Positions 39,201-52,893 of a stretch of DNA of 64,000 nt are shown one piece after another. The notes below the pieces were generated by a model. That model had not been told where the DNA came from and made no database searches. It was given only the letters and a program-made list of their open reading frames with translations. Source of the stretch: Paraspadella gotoi (taxonomy: Eukaryota; Animalia; Chaetognatha); NCBI GenBank assembly GCA_051294375.1, contig CM119268.1, positions 19,913,971 to 19,977,970 on the forward strand, written 5' to 3'. A program made the translations under genes and the position numbers. Each line of letters opens with the position of its first letter. The stretch's first letter is position 1.

Positions 39201-41270
39201 NNNNNNNNNNNNNNNNNNNNNNNNNNNNNNNNNNNNNNNNNNNNNNNNNNNNNNNNNNNNNNNNNNNNNNNNNNNNNNNNNNNNNNNNNNNNNNNNNNNN
39301 NNNNNNNNNNNNNNNNNNNNNNNNNNNNNNNNNNNNNNNNNNNNNNNNNNNNNNNNNNNNNNNNNNNNNNNNNNNNNNNNNNNNNNNNNNNNNNNNNNNN
39401 NNNNNNNNNNNNNNNNNNNNNNNNNNNNNNNNNNNNNNNNNNNNNNNNNNNNNNNNNNNNNNNNNNNNNNNNNNNNNNNNNNNNNNNNNNNNNNNNNNNN
39501 NNNNNNNNNNNNNNNNNNNNNNNNNNNNNNNNNNNNNNNNNNNNNNNNNNNNNNNNNNNNNNNNNNNNNNNNNNNNNNNNNNNNNNNNNNNNNNNNNNNN
39601 NNNNNNNNNNNNNNNNNNNNNNNNNNNNNNNNNNNNNNNNNNNNNNNNNNNNNNNNNNNNNNNNNNNNNNNNNNNNNNNNNNNNNNNNNNNNNNNNNNNN
39701 NNNNNNNNNNNNNNNNNNNNNNNNNNNNNNNNNNNNNNNNNNNNNNNNNNNNNNNNNNNNNNNNNNNNNNNNNNNNNNNNNNNNNNNNNNNNNNNNNNNN
39801 NNNNNNNNNNNNNNGGCATGGGCGGCCGTCGCGATTAGTCCCGTGGCATTTGAAGGCATTAGTGCCGAAGTTGTAGTGGTAGAAGCATTTAGTTTCGCCC
39901 ATAGGAGGTTCGCGGTGTGGAGGGGAGCGGGGCGTCAAGATTGGCCGGCGTTGCTGCTGCGTGCGCTGCTGCGGTGGACGCTGCTGCGAAAAGGGGCGCT
40001 GCGTAGAGCGCGGCGGCGGTCTGCGGACTGCGTTTGCGTAAGAGATGGCAGCATCGTCAGTGTCGATTGATGATTCGTTTGGAATCTCCAGTGGCTCGTC
40101 CACTGTGACCTCGATGGAAGAGATGGCGTTCACCGAATTTGAGGCGCGATCGGAGCTGCGAAGTTGGCCGGAAGGGAGGAAGAACTCGTCGGCGTCTTTG
40201 GCGATGTCGACGGGCCTTTTGTCCTTCCTGACGGCGTGTTCCCTGACGCTCTGTGGAAGGGCTGCGGCCAAGATGGCGGCCTTGATGTGGTCGATGGTGA
40301 GGCCTTCAAGTACGGCGTCAATTGCAGAAAGGTGTTGAGAGGGGGTGACGCCTTTCAACGACGTCATCTTCAACGCCTTTGCGGCGCGCCGGTTGGCGTC
40401 TTCACCATAGATGTTTTTCAAGTGGGCGACAAGGTTGTTGTGTGCGTCGGGGCTTTCGTCGATGCGCAGCGCGTGTGGAATCAGCCGGTGCCGGGAGATA
40501 GGGATGGCGCTGAGGATCTGCGCCTTCTTCTCCGCCGGATTGGTGACGCCGGTGGCGCCGAATTCCACAGCGGTGTGGTCCAACCACTCCTCGATGTGGT
40601 CGGGGTCAAAGGTCGTCAGTTTTGGATTTCGCCTTCTTGCAGGGGCATCGGAGGGAGGACGAGGGTGGATGGCGTCTTCTGCGGGGGCGGTGTCTTCTAC
40701 TGGAGAAGGCAATTCTGTTGAAACGGTACTTGCGTCTGCTGAAGGGGGGTTTGGTCTTTCCGTGATCGAGGCAAGTCTCGTGTTTATGTCGAAAATCATT
40801 TGGAAAAGTTTTTCGATTTGCGTTTCGAAAGGCATCGCTGATGTCGAGGCGGCGGCGTCGTGAAACGCATCGTCGCGGCCGGCGGTATCGGACTGAGACG
40901 CGTTGCGTGTTGTCACCGGCATTGTGACTTCTTCTTCGTCGGCGGGCGTTGGGGGACGGAGAATACTCGGACGTCGTGACATGAAGGAGGAAAAAATGAG
41001 TTTCGAAACTAGTTTTGTGTTTTTGTTTGTTTTTTTGTTTTTTTTGTTTTGTTTTATTTTGTTCACGGGGCTCACCACGTGTGGACGCAACAAGTTCAGA
41101 TAAAAGATTTATCTTCAACATGTCAATAACAATACAGTCAAAGCTCAGATGCTAGCTACACATGATATTTACAGGTCAAGTTTGGACCAAGAGAAAGGAA
41201 ATGACCGAACGTAAGGTTGAAAGTAAGGTCAGATTGTTTACCTGGTTGCGTGTTATGTTGTTCGTCCACA
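36271..41270 (-). mobile_element. Ty3/Gypsy family A copy 2, full length with LTRs and TSD
   Basis: LTRs 36271-36481 and 41080-41270 (TGTGGACG...CGTCCACA), TSD CTAT (36267-36270, 41271-41274), PBS TGGTGAGCC, PPT at ~36482-36496; gag-pol with an internal gap. Confidence 0.97.
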
Positions 41271-41309
41271 CTATACCTATTAAGAAAAAATTTTTGCTAA
41301 GTTACCCTT

Positions 41310-42340
41310 AAAACCGCGGCGCACGTTTTGTCAGCCACGTGAAACATTGCTAAAGTCAGGGGTACCAACACAACGTAACAACATCTTACCATCCGACAGT
41401 TAACGGTTTAGTCGAGCTTTTCACCCTGATTAAAAGAATCGCAATCGGTAAACGACGCTCGCGACAATGGTATTGGCGCTCCATGCTCCCTGCTCGCCAT
41501 CAGAACAACTTCAGCCCGACGTCGCGCATCCCCGGCCGACTCTTACGGCGAAGCCATAGCCGTCCGGAGACCTGCTTCCGCCCAGACCGTAGTGACGCTG
41601 CGAGCAGTCAACGTCGACGGACCCTCGCAACCTCCGTCTCGAGTCGCCGCCTCCAGCCCACCAACCTCCGACGCATCCGGCAACGTCGCAACGATTTTAT
41701 TCCTAACACCCTCCACGCGCCATCCGTCTACGTCCGGCGCGGCGTCGTCAAGCCGCCACTCACGCGCCTTACCTTGCCATACCGTGTATCTCGGCGTGAA
41801 GAACTGACTTACAAAATCGAAATCCCGGCCGCGGAAGCGAATGTCTCGATCTCCGCTCAAGCCCGCGTGGGAATTCGGCACGAGTGGAGGACGGCGACGA
41901 GGGGCGAAGCGACGAAAATGATCGCCTGCACCTTCTCGCCTCCCGCCACCTTCTCGCGCCGGAGATCCCGCCACGACCGCAATTTTGCTCCTTCATCTCG
42001 AACCTGCGCCCGCAAACTCGAATACTTGTCCGCCCGTTTTCGGAACTCCCCCTCCTCCCGCTCTCCCGCCTCTCACCCACTACCTTCCGCTCCAGAAACG
42101 TCGAAAACGGCATCCGAAATCGATTAAACAGCGCCCCAAAAAACAAAGAAACCAAAACGTAAACAATGAATAAACAATCTTTCTGTCCTGTCAGACACAC
42201 GACAACCAAACGGAGGCGAATCGAAGGAGGAACCACGTGTCGATCTCCTCTCCTCCTCTACCTCACCTCCCCCTCCCCAACCCATCTCCCTCATCATTCT
42301 CGCCCAAGCGGGAAATTCCGCGCGCCCCTCTCCGTTAAGA
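41310..42340 (+). mobile_element. Indel-riddled copy of the Gypsy B integrase 3' region (~28733-29850)
   Basis: Co-linear with copy B but with dozens of 1-nt deletions, typical of an uncorrected long read. Confidence 0.75.
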
Positions 42341-45300
42341 AATCTCTATCCCGCGATAAGTGCTTTGTTTCCATTATAACTCATTTCCATGGCAATTCAT
42401 CCAAACTTTAATATAATTATATTATAATAAATATTTTAAAAAAATAACAACAACTTCAATGAACAAATAAAAAGTTACATGAAATCGAATTTAGTAATAA
42501 AGGGAAAAAAATTTTTAAAAGACAGAATTATAAAATATTCAAATTTTGGCCCGCTTACTGAAAATGAAATAATTTTTAAATTTGCTTATCAATTTTTTGA
42601 TTTGATAGAGATTAAAAGTTAGTAAAGTATTAATACAACTGTTTTTTTTGTTTTATTAATAAATTTAAAAAAATAAAATTAGCCAATATGATGATATGAT
42701 AATTTTTTAAGGTTTTTTTTATTTTAACCAATTTATTGTCAAAATTTGAAAATTATAGTACTAACTTTATTAACTTTTAGGCTCTACAAGAAACCGTTCT
42801 TAAAAAATTCAAATTTTTAAAATTTTTTTTTTTAATTGTTATATATTAATAATATTTAAAAGCTAAGGAAACAACCCAATGAACTAATTAAAAACTTACA
42901 TTGAAATCGATTAGTAGTAGAACGAAAAAAATTTTTTTTGAGAGACTAGAATTATAAAAGTCTTAAATTTTGGAGCTTAATAGATTATTATGTATTAAAC
43001 AATTGTTTGGTAATAATTTATAATTTATGTTTTGTAATATTTTAGTATTTTTTAATGAGTAAAATAATTTTTATTAGCTAATTTTTTTTGGAATTATCAT
43101 ATATTTATCATCTCATATCTTCTCCTTATATATCCCTTTTGCAAATTGAGACATACCTTATCGCTACATTTTCTGCTACTTTTATATCCATCTATCACTT
43201 TCTACTATCCTATCCTATCTATATATATCTCATAATAATAAATTAAAGTAATGTGGACTTTATTTTTAATTTAAACCTATCAATGCCAATTAGTACAAAA
43301 TTTTAATTAGCTTATAAAAATTTATTCAATATTATGGGTTAATTAGTAAGATTAGTAATGTGACTCTTTTTTATTTAAATATTTAAATAGTACGTTTAAG
43401 AATTGTATTAAAGCTAGTTAAATTTTTATAAAACACAAAGTTTAACATCTTAATCCATTTTGATATTAGCCATACCTTATGTTTAATAAGTAAAAAATTT
43501 TTTAAAGCGAATATTTTTTCTATTAACTCACAAGTTAGTTACTAATTTTATACAGCATTTATACAAATCTTCTAACAAACATCATTAATAAAACAGCCAA
43601 TCACGATATGGGATGTATATAATGGAGGATTGATTGACCTATTATTAGTGATTACTTAATTGACTAATGTTATTATGTTAATATTGATTATTATTAATAA
43701 TGCAAATTTATTTAAGAAACGAAGCATTAAGTAATTAGTGAAAGATTTTTGTTTTTTTATTTACTCATTTCACTACAGTTAATAGAATTGATTACTGTTA
43801 ATCACTTTTACTCACATAAAATAAAGTCAAAATTAAGTGGTAATAAAGCTAATTGTTAACTTGCTAATTACCTGCATAATTGGTATCGAATTTGGTTACT
43901 GACATAATTTGGTTAAAAGATATTTGGTAAATGACTTTTTATACTAAGATATTTGGTCACAGATGTTGTAACTGGCTGAATTTATATGGACTTATTTGGT
44001 CACTGATATTGGTAATGAACTATCTTGGTCAAAGATATATATATTAGTCACTTGAGAACTTGATCAATTTTAGATTGTCACTGGTTTATTGGTAAATTAG
44101 ATTTTGTAAACTGGTTATTTTGTAAATTTGCTATTTGGATAATTATAATCATCAAAATAAATAGATAAGAAGAGATAGAGAGCGACTTTAAAATTATATA
44201 TGTTTTTGGTTTTATATTTGAATATTTAATCCTAGTATAAAATCCAAAAATTTCTATAGCTTTAATAATTACTTTAACTAAACAACAAAATTAAATTGCT
44301 TTATATTAATTTTTTTAAACTAATATTATGAGTAATATTAGATAAATTTAAATAATATGACTTGTTTTTTAAATTTTACCTATTACTACGAAAGCTTCAT
44401 AAGATTTCTTAAGAATAAATAAATTACCAATAATTTAAAGTCAATTGCTGATCATCATGAGAAATTGGCGTTAAATAGTGAATCTATTTTTGTTTTTTAA
44501 ATTTAAAAATTATAACTAGAAGTTACATAGAATTATCTAATACTAATACAAAGTTTACTAACACAATTCTACAATACCTAAATAAATAAAGAGGTAATTG
44601 TGAGTTTTTTGTATAGGTGGAAGAAGGGGAAGGACCGAAGGAAGGCAAGGGAAATCATTTTTTTTGAATAATTTTTCATATTACGAGCTTTCTGACCTAT
44701 TTATGTGTGAGAATATTAGGGAGTAAGACGGACAAAGTGATTATAGTCGAATCTGTATATAAAAGACTATTCTATTCTTTATATAAAAGAGTGAAAGACA
44801 GATCTTTCTCTCTACTTTATATTATCTATCTCTATATATCTCTATTTTCAGGATTTGTGTGTTTATTTGTGATGTTATGAGTAATGAATAAGTATCTCGC
44901 ATAAATGTGCTTTCCATATATCAATGAATTATACATCAATGATGAATATCTAGATTAATAATTTGATTATATAAATCAGTTTGCTTATTTATGAGACAAT
45001 TATTGGTTATAATCGATAATATTTATTATCATTCCGCATAAATTTTGGTTACATAGAGCTGGTATTAACTTTGTTTAAGTTTTTTAGTTTTATTCTTATA
45101 ACATAGTTTTCAAAATTATTTCTGCTTGAGAAGAAAGAATTCTTCTTCGGAGAGAAGGGAGAGAAGAAGCGGAGACAGAAAGAAAGAGATAATCGTTGTA
45201 TGTGTTAACCATATTGATGAGGTAAGGGGATTTATTATTTTTATTTGCCTTATTCTAGATTGAATTTTACATAATTATGATTATTTAGGCCTGGTTTAAA

Positions 45301-48300
45301 AGAATATAGATTTGTAATTTATTATTATGTAAAGAAAGTTATTAACTCAATGTTTAAAAAAAATCTAATTTGATTAAGGTGCTTAAGGCAATAAATAGGA
45401 ATTTTTTTATTAGTAACATTAAAATTTAATAACCGTTAAAGTCATTTTAACGCAATTTTATTTTTTTTTAATAAAGAATTACTCAAGTGTTATAGTCTTC
45501 AATTATGTTATAGATAATGATTTGATGACAAAACGTTTTATGTACACAGATAGTACCGAAGTTACTTGGGTGTTATTATAATTTTATTAAAAACGCATAT
45601 TAAATTGTAACATTGGTCAATTAAACATTCGTTAACTGGATATGATTTGGGTTAACTTTAAAATAGATAAATATAGCACAGATTCACATGAAGAAGAGCT
45701 GTTATTTTGAAATTTAGTTTATGTTACACAGGTTAAAACTGGTAACAAGAATGAAAAAAATAAACAATTTGAAGTTCTATATTTGATTTTAAATCAGACC
45801 AGCCAGTTTGTTAATTTAAAAAATTGTCAAAAATTTTGATAATTTAACAATTAGTAAGCAATATTTAACCCTAGATGGAATAATTTAGAAGTGTAAAGAT
45901 TGTTATTTGATAGACATTTAAGTTATGTAATCTAAAGAAAAAAAAAAAATAAAATAAATAACAAAAAAGGTTGGAGATAAAACGTCTTGAATAAACTAAA
46001 ATAAATTATTTTTGTATAGTTGAGAGGGATTTGGGAAAAGTTACTTTTTTTCCAGAGATTGATTATGAAAATTTTTATATTATATATATTATATTTTATT
46101 TATGAGAGTAGTGAATTTGAAATTTTGACTTAGGACAACTCTAGAAAGGTTTATTTTATATTTATGTATTTAATTAAAAACGCAATGATGCAGAGGAAGA
46201 TATGATATTTTAAGAATACCTGAATCTAATTTTATGAATACCCAAGATTTTTTAATACTATTATACTTTTGAAATGTAGCATGAAAAAGATGAAATTGAA
46301 AAATGGCCAGGTGAAATTGTAGATTAAAAAATGGAATTACAAATGATTGAACTGATCAAGTAAACTTATAAAGTTAAATATTATTAAATAAAAAGGTTGA
46401 GTTTAATGATGCGAGATAAAAGTATTGTTTAGTGATATTTAATATAAAGATGACTAGATTCTTAAATGACTTAATAATGTTAGGATATGACTAATTATTA
46501 TTTGTTGTTTTGTTTAAAGGATAAATGAGTGAGAGATAAGAAAAGATGCTTCTGTAACACTTTTATATATATGAAATATTTTTTTTTGAAAATATGTGAA
46601 TAAAAAAATGGCAGTAATAAACATAATTTGGAATTTATAAATTTGAAAAAAGAAAATTTTTGAAAAATAGAAGTTATTTGTACAAAAACATTTTGATTCG
46701 CTTATTGAAAGTAGAAAGGATGCGACATTCTTTTGCGATAGATAATCCCTATCACAAATTTTTGTCCTGTCGTAACGAGTTAGACAACTAAAACACCATG
46801 GCATCCAGTTTCTGTCCCGACTACAGGTAGTATGCATTTGGTTAAATAGTGAAATATATTTTATAAAACATGACAGAAAGAAGGTTAAGATTGACTATTC
46901 ATTCAGGTGAGTATTTTTTATGTAGTCGTACCACGTCGTAGTATAACATGTTATCCATATAAAATATAGCCTTTATATGTTGGAGGACTTACAGTTTTTT
47001 AAAATACAAATAATTATAATTATATAATTTTAAAAAGTGTGTTATAGTAAGTTTAAATTAGATATGCTATATATATAGATTTGTTCTTATTACATTGGAT
47101 TTGTATGTTTGTTGATTTACTTATTCGATTTACTGACCAATATGAAATGAGCTCTATAGTATAATTATCAATCAATTAGTATATAGATTGTTTAATCTAT
47201 TTATATAAGTCTATAATATTGGAGATAATTAAAATTATTTTTAATATTAATAATAGGATAAATAACTTTTAGAGAAGGTCTATCTTATTTAATAAAATAA
47301 AATAAATATTTTAGCTGCAGATTGGAAAATTCGGAAAAATTTAAAGTGTAACATATGTAACAATTTTTTACTTTTTTTTTTATTTTAAATATTTTTTCTT
47401 TTATTTAGTAAAATAGATAACATCAGATAAAAATCGTCAAAAATCTAAAAAAAAAAAAATACAAAAACTATCTTCTATTAGAGATTCTTATACAACTGAA
47501 AGATTTATATATGTGTTTTTTTTTTATATATATATATTAGAACGGATGGTTGGGAATTGGAGTGAATGAGCCAGAAAGATAACTGACGGTTGGATTTTGT
47601 CTGTTTTCGTTGTTTTTGAAAATTAAAATTAAGGTAAAATTTAAAGTTTTAAAATATATTATTTAATTTACAATAGAATTAATATACATTTAACTACAAT
47701 TATTAGTAAAAGATAAAATTAAAGATAAAATACTAGAATACTAAAATAGTAAATAAATAAATAAACAATCAAAACTATTAAAAAAGAAAAGTATCATATC
47801 TAGAAATAAAAATTAAATTATATAAAAATAATAATTGATAAACCATGAAAAAATAACATTTGTGAATTGATATATCCTGGCGCGTTGGCATTCTAAGTGG
47901 AGGTTGATTAGAGATGTATACAAAATGTATTGTGACTAAGGTCATGTGCCATTATAATGAGTACAAATATGCGCTTTAAGTATATAGGGGAACACAAGAT
48001 AGAGTTTTGAAGAGGCATTCATTATCTGGAATTTACTTGAAAGGAAGAAAAAAGGGATACCCAGCTTACCAAGAAGATATACCGAACCAGGACTTGGTAG
48101 ATTTTTGGTGAATGAAAGGCGAATGTATCAAAGTGAAAACCTACATTTGATACGTTGGAGAAAGCTGCGAAGTGTTAGAGTACGGAGAAGGTGTTATCTG
48201 AGACTATTTATAAACGGATGAGATAGGCTATCGTAGAAAGGGGGAACATCAACTGCGGCGCTAATGTACGAGAAGAGGATGTATATAGATTAGTTAGAAT

Positions 48301-49518
48301 AAGATAAATAGAATCTAGTAAGGTGTGGGGATAATAGAGAGTGGAGTGGAGAAAGCAGGATAAAGGACAGAGGCAAGCAACAAATATATATATCGTCCCT
48401 TATGCGTTTCCTGAACAGATCTAGAGATTGACTTCTACCGGTGACGAGAGTGTATGGACAATTGAACATGAACGATCAGCTCCTTCTACGGATGTATCCA
48501 ATCCAAATGCCAAAGTAACTAGGTAATGAGGGTTTAGGAAATGTATAAATTCATGTAAGATGTTAAATGTTTTGATACCTTCGTTGATTGGAAAAAGGTA
48601 TTGTAGTAAAAACCACTTGTTGGCTACTATCGAATATAGATTGGAGGGTAATGGTATGTGACTACGGCATGAGAAGTGGCGTAGGACCGAGTGAAGTACC
48701 TCTGGGTTAGTTGGAGATGTTGAGTGGAGCCGAGGGGAAAGTGTGAAGAGGAGTCCATTATTAATTAAGGAAAGAAAAGGTGTTGATTGAGAGGGAGTCT
48801 GTTGGAGGCAGGAGGGAGTGAGATGATTGATGGATTGTGAGGTGAGTGAATTGAATATAAAAGATATTTATAATCCATAAATTTGGGGATAATGTTGAAA
48901 AGGACGAAAAGTGAGTGAACAACATTTGGAGGGTTGAAGAGTGCTTATGATGAAGATTTTGTAAGAGGTTGCCCTGGAGTGGAGGTAATGTGTTAGAAGT
49001 GGATTAGCGGTGGAAGAGCATCCGTCTTTGACCATAGATGACCACCATCAGTAAATATCCCATGTTTCAATGGAATCTAAGCCGAAGTACACAGGTCAGG
49101 GTACTTCCACCCGAGATACCTGCTGATTAGTCGTTGATTGCTGAGCGTCAAAATATACATGACCTGATGCTAAGTTACAAAGCAAAAGTCCAAGGTTAAT
49201 GAAAGTGATGGATTGTTAAATGGATACGAGTAAGGGTAGGAAAAATTGAAACGTAATTTTTTTGTTATTAGAAATTTATTTTGATACATTTGGTTTAGTT
49301 AGCTATATCTTACCTTTTTTTTGAACTTTAAGTGAATATATATTAATAATTTAGTGTTATTTGTATTATATTTTTGNNNNNNNNNNNNNNNNNNNNNNNN
49401 NNNNNNNNNNNNNNNNNNNNNNNNNNNNNNNNNNNNNNNNNNNNNNNNNNNNNNNNNNNNNNNNNNNNNNNNNNNNCCCACCAAGGCTTTGACCGGATGG
49501 GGAGAAGGCTTGAGAGAG

Positions 49519-52500
49519 TCATTGAATTGCGTCGTCGTTTTCATCGTCATCTTCCGGGGGCTGAAGCATCGTTGGAAGGACGATAAGACCAGGGATTGAT
49601 GAAGATTGTCGTCGAGCAACTTGCGGCGTCGTGGTAGTTGCGAGTGGCGCCGCTTCCATTTCTGGAGGCGGGGATGCAGGGGAGGGAGCGGAGACTCGAC
49701 GGGGACGACCGCGTGGGCGCGCCATAGGTGGATCTGGGGGCGCGAGCTCGTCGGTAATAGCCGGCTTCAAACGGTCGACGGAAATTATTTCGACGCCGCG
49801 GCCCGGGATATCTATTTTGAATGTTTTTGGGCCGCGTTCGCGGACATCGTAAGGGCCGTCGTAGGGCGGTTGGAGTGGTGTTGAATGTCCGTCGCGTCTG
49901 ATATAGACGCGGCCGGCGTCGGCGAGCGTTTCCGGGATGTGGGAGGGTGGCGTCGAATGCCAAGCGGCCGGCAGAGGCTGCATGAGGGCAACGTCTGCTC
50001 GAAGGTCGTCGAGGATTCGTGCTCGAGCTGCGGCGTCGACGTCGGTTGCTGGAACCGGAAGTAGTTCGCTGGGGAGTGTCAGCGTCTCACCCAGCGTCAG
50101 CTCTGCCGGAGAGGCGTCGGAATCTTCACGCGGTGTGGCGCGGAGGCTTAACAGTGTCCATGGGAGCTGTGCCAACCAGTTTTCTCCGGCGTCATCGCAG
50201 CGGGCGCGGAGGGCCGCCTTCAGCGTTCGATGGAGACGTTCGACTATCCCATTTGACTGAGGGTGGTAGGCGGTCGTCGTGGAGGGATCAAAACCGACTA
50301 CCGCCGCCACTTGGCGCCACAATTCGGAAGTGAATTGGGCGCCGCGATCGGTGGTGACGACGGAGGGGACGCCGAATCTCGAGACCCAGTTTTGAAGAAA
50401 AGCGGCGGCGACGGAGGCGGCGGAGGTGTCGCGGAGGGGCGCCGCTTCCGGCCAGCGCGTAAAGCGGTCGATCATGGTAAGGAGGTGGGTGTGGCCAGAA
50501 ACAGTTGGTAGCGGCCCGACAAGGTCGATGTGTACATGCGCGAATCGTTTAGATGGGGGCTCGAAATGTTGGAGTGGTGCGCGGACGTGGCGCTGCGTCT
50601 TAGCACGCTGGCAGGTATCGCACGACCCCGCCCACCGCGCGACGTCGGAGGAGACGGAGGGCCAAACGAAACGCGTCGTGACGAGTTTCTTTGATGCTCG
50701 AATTCCTGGATGAGCGATTCCATGGGTAGCATCAAAAACGCGTCGGCGCCATGAGGTGGGTACGAGTGGGCGTGCCCGAGAGCCAGAGATGTCGCAGACG
50801 AGCGTCGTGTTGTTGATCGGGATGTTTTTGAGACGGAGCGCCGTATGAGAGTCGTTAAGAAGACGCTGGACATCCTCATCGGCAGCTTGATCAGCCGCCA
50901 TTGCCTCAAAATTGACTTGTAGGGCGCCGACAGCGTTGACGGTGGCGGCGATGTCCTCACGCGCTTTTTGCGCGTTCGAGATTGTTTGAGGTTGATCTGC
51001 GAGGATTGGCGACGGCGATGGCGCTGGCGCGGGAGTTGGCGGGCGGGAAAGGGTGTCAGCGACGACGTTCGCCTTTCCAGCGATATGACGAATGTCGCCG
51101 GTATACTCGGCGATGCCCGCCAACTGGTAGGTCTGTCTCATTGTGTGGGGCTCGGCCTTCTTCCTCAGCGCCGGCACGAGCGATATGTGATCGCTAAAGA
51201 GAGTGAAGCGGCGTCCTTCGACGTATGGGCGGAAGTGGCGGATCGAGGTGTGGGCGGCGAGGAGTTCCTTGTCGAAGGGCGGCCATTTGCGCTGGTTTGG
51301 CTTCAGCGGCTTGGAATGGAATCCAAGGGGTTGCCATTGGCCGTCGACGAGCTGCTCGAGGACAGCGCCGACGGCGACGTCGGAAGCATCGACCGTAAGT
51401 GCGAGGGGAGCGCCGTCGATTGGGTGGACCAGCATGGTGGAGTCGGCGAGAGCGTCTTTTATTGCCTTGAAGGCGGCGTCTTGTGGCGCCGCCCACTTGA
51501 GTGCACGCGGTTTTCCGCGGAGAACCTCGAGGAGTGGATCGAGATGATGGGCGGCGTGGGGAACGAATCGGCGGTAATAATTAAAAACGCCAAGAAAGCG
51601 TTGCAGTTCCTTGACGGAAGTGGGCGTTGCCATTTCCCGCAGCGCCTCCACTTTGGCCGGAAGAGGGCGGACGCCGTCTTTGTCGACGGTGTAGCCCAGG
51701 AATTCCAGGCTGGAGGCGCCGAAGACGCACTTGGCGCGATTGACAATGAGGCCATTGTCAGCAAGGGCGTTGAGGACGCGTTTGAGGTCCTCTTGGTGTT
51801 CTTCGTGAGAGTGTGATGCAACGAGGAGATCGTCCAAATAGACGAAGACGTGGGGAATGCCGCTCAGGACTTGATCCATCATGCGCTGGAAGTCCTGACC
51901 GGCGTTCTTTAGACCAAATGGCATGAAGAGGAACTCATAAAGGCCGAACGGCGTGATTATTGCCGTTTTATGACGGTCTTCCTTGGCGACGGGAATCTGA
52001 TGATATCCCTTGCATAAATCGATTTTCGAGAAGACCGTCTTCCCGGCGACGTCAGCGTTGAAGTCCATCAGATGGCGGATCGGGTAGCGGTCATCAACGG
52101 TGACGCCATTGAGGCGCCGGTAGTCGCCGCACGGACGAAGAGAGCCGTCGGGTTTCCGAGTGACGTGGAGCGGCGACGCCCAAGCGGAAGTGGAGCGCCG
52201 GATGATCCCGAGTTCTACCATCTTCTGGAACTCGGCCTTGGCAGCGGCGAGCTGATCGGGGGCGAGGCGGCGGGCGCGGGCAAAAACGGGCGGACCTTTC
52301 GTTGGAATGTGATGCTCGACGCCGTGCTTTGGCGGCGCCGAGTTGAAGACGAGTTTTGTAAGTTCCGGTCGCTCGTCAAGAAGTGCGGAGTAGGCGTCGC
52401 GGACGTGCAGAACGCGGGGCGGCGCCGCGGCGGAGGCGGCGTCGTGTGCATGGCCGGAGATGACCATATAGTCGTCGAGGTCGAGAAGAATGCGGCGCTG

Positions 52501-52893
52501 ATGGTCAACGCCGAGGTGATGTTCCATCAAAAAGTCGGCGCCGAGAATGGGTGTGGCGACGTCAGCGATGATGACAAGATAGGGAAACACGCGTTTTCCC
52601 AGTCGAATCCCCATTTCACGGATACCGAAAGTTTCGATGGGCGTGTCATTGGCGGCGCGGAGTGGCGGGGCGTTGGCGGCGGCGAGCGCCGCCTCGACGG
52701 CGGCAGGGTTCGCCTTGGCGGCGGCGCGGTCGGTGGCAGAGGCAGGAATGAGCGTTGCCTCTGAGCCACCGTCGACGAGCCACTCCAGGCCGGCGTCGGG
52801 GTCGCGCACAAGGAAGAGTTTAGAGTCGTTTTGGCCGGCGACGCGGGCGACTAGCGGCCGCCGGCGTTGGCGTTTGACGGCGCCATCGGGCAT
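49519..52893 (-). CDS. pol: Gypsy A pol (protease, RT, RNase H, integrase), in the -1 frame of gag
   Basis: 1124-aa ORF: LVDGGS protease, YLDD, DASD, HHCC, D..D..E, GPY module, C-terminal RPRGRPRR. Confidence 0.95.
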   Translation of the reverse strand: MPDGAVKRQRRRPLVARVAGQNDSKLFLVRDPDAGLEWLVDGGSEATLIPASATDRAAAKANPAAVEAALAAANAPPLRAANDTPIETFGIREMGIRLGKRVFPYLVIIADVATPILGADFLMEHHLGVDHQRRILLDLDDYMVISGHAHDAASAAAPPRVLHVRDAYSALLDERPELTKLVFNSAPPKHGVEHHIPTKGPPVFARARRLAPDQLAAAKAEFQKMVELGIIRRSTSAWASPLHVTRKPDGSLRPCGDYRRLNGVTVDDRYPIRHLMDFNADVAGKTVFSKIDLCKGYHQIPVAKEDRHKTAIITPFGLYEFLFMPFGLKNAGQDFQRMMDQVLSGIPHVFVYLDDLLVASHSHEEHQEDLKRVLNALADNGLIVNRAKCVFGASSLEFLGYTVDKDGVRPLPAKVEALREMATPTSVKELQRFLGVFNYYRRFVPHAAHHLDPLLEVLRGKPRALKWAAPQDAAFKAIKDALADSTMLVHPIDGAPLALTVDASDVAVGAVLEQLVDGQWQPLGFHSKPLKPNQRKWPPFDKELLAAHTSIRHFRPYVEGRRFTLFSDHISLVPALRKKAEPHTMRQTYQLAGIAEYTGDIRHIAGKANVVADTLSRPPTPAPAPSPSPILADQPQTISNAQKAREDIAATVNAVGALQVNFEAMAADQAADEDVQRLLNDSHTALRLKNIPINNTTLVCDISGSRARPLVPTSWRRRVFDATHGIAHPGIRASKKLVTTRFVWPSVSSDVARWAGSCDTCQRAKTQRHVRAPLQHFEPPSKRFAHVHIDLVGPLPTVSGHTHLLTMIDRFTRWPEAAPLRDTSAASVAAAFLQNWVSRFGVPSVVTTDRGAQFTSELWRQVAAVVGFDPSTTTAYHPQSNGIVERLHRTLKAALRARCDDAGENWLAQLPWTLLSLRATPREDSDASPAELTLGETLTLPSELLPVPATDVDAAARARILDDLRADVALMQPLPAAWHSTPPSHIPETLADAGRVYIRRDGHSTPLQPPYDGPYDVRERGPKTFKIDIPGRGVEIISVDRLKPAITDELAPPDPPMARPRGRPRRVSAPSPASPPPEMEAAPLATTTTPQVARRQSSSIPGLIVLPTMLQPPEDDDENDDAIQ

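Noticed and set aside
41310-42340. Ancient degenerate Gypsy B copy
   Set aside because: Errors are deletion-dominated with few substitutions, indicating raw-read noise rather than age
47870-49150. GC-elevated stretch that may be a decayed retroelement
   Set aside because: No sustained ORF or convincing motif; it lies in noisy sequence and cannot be assigned
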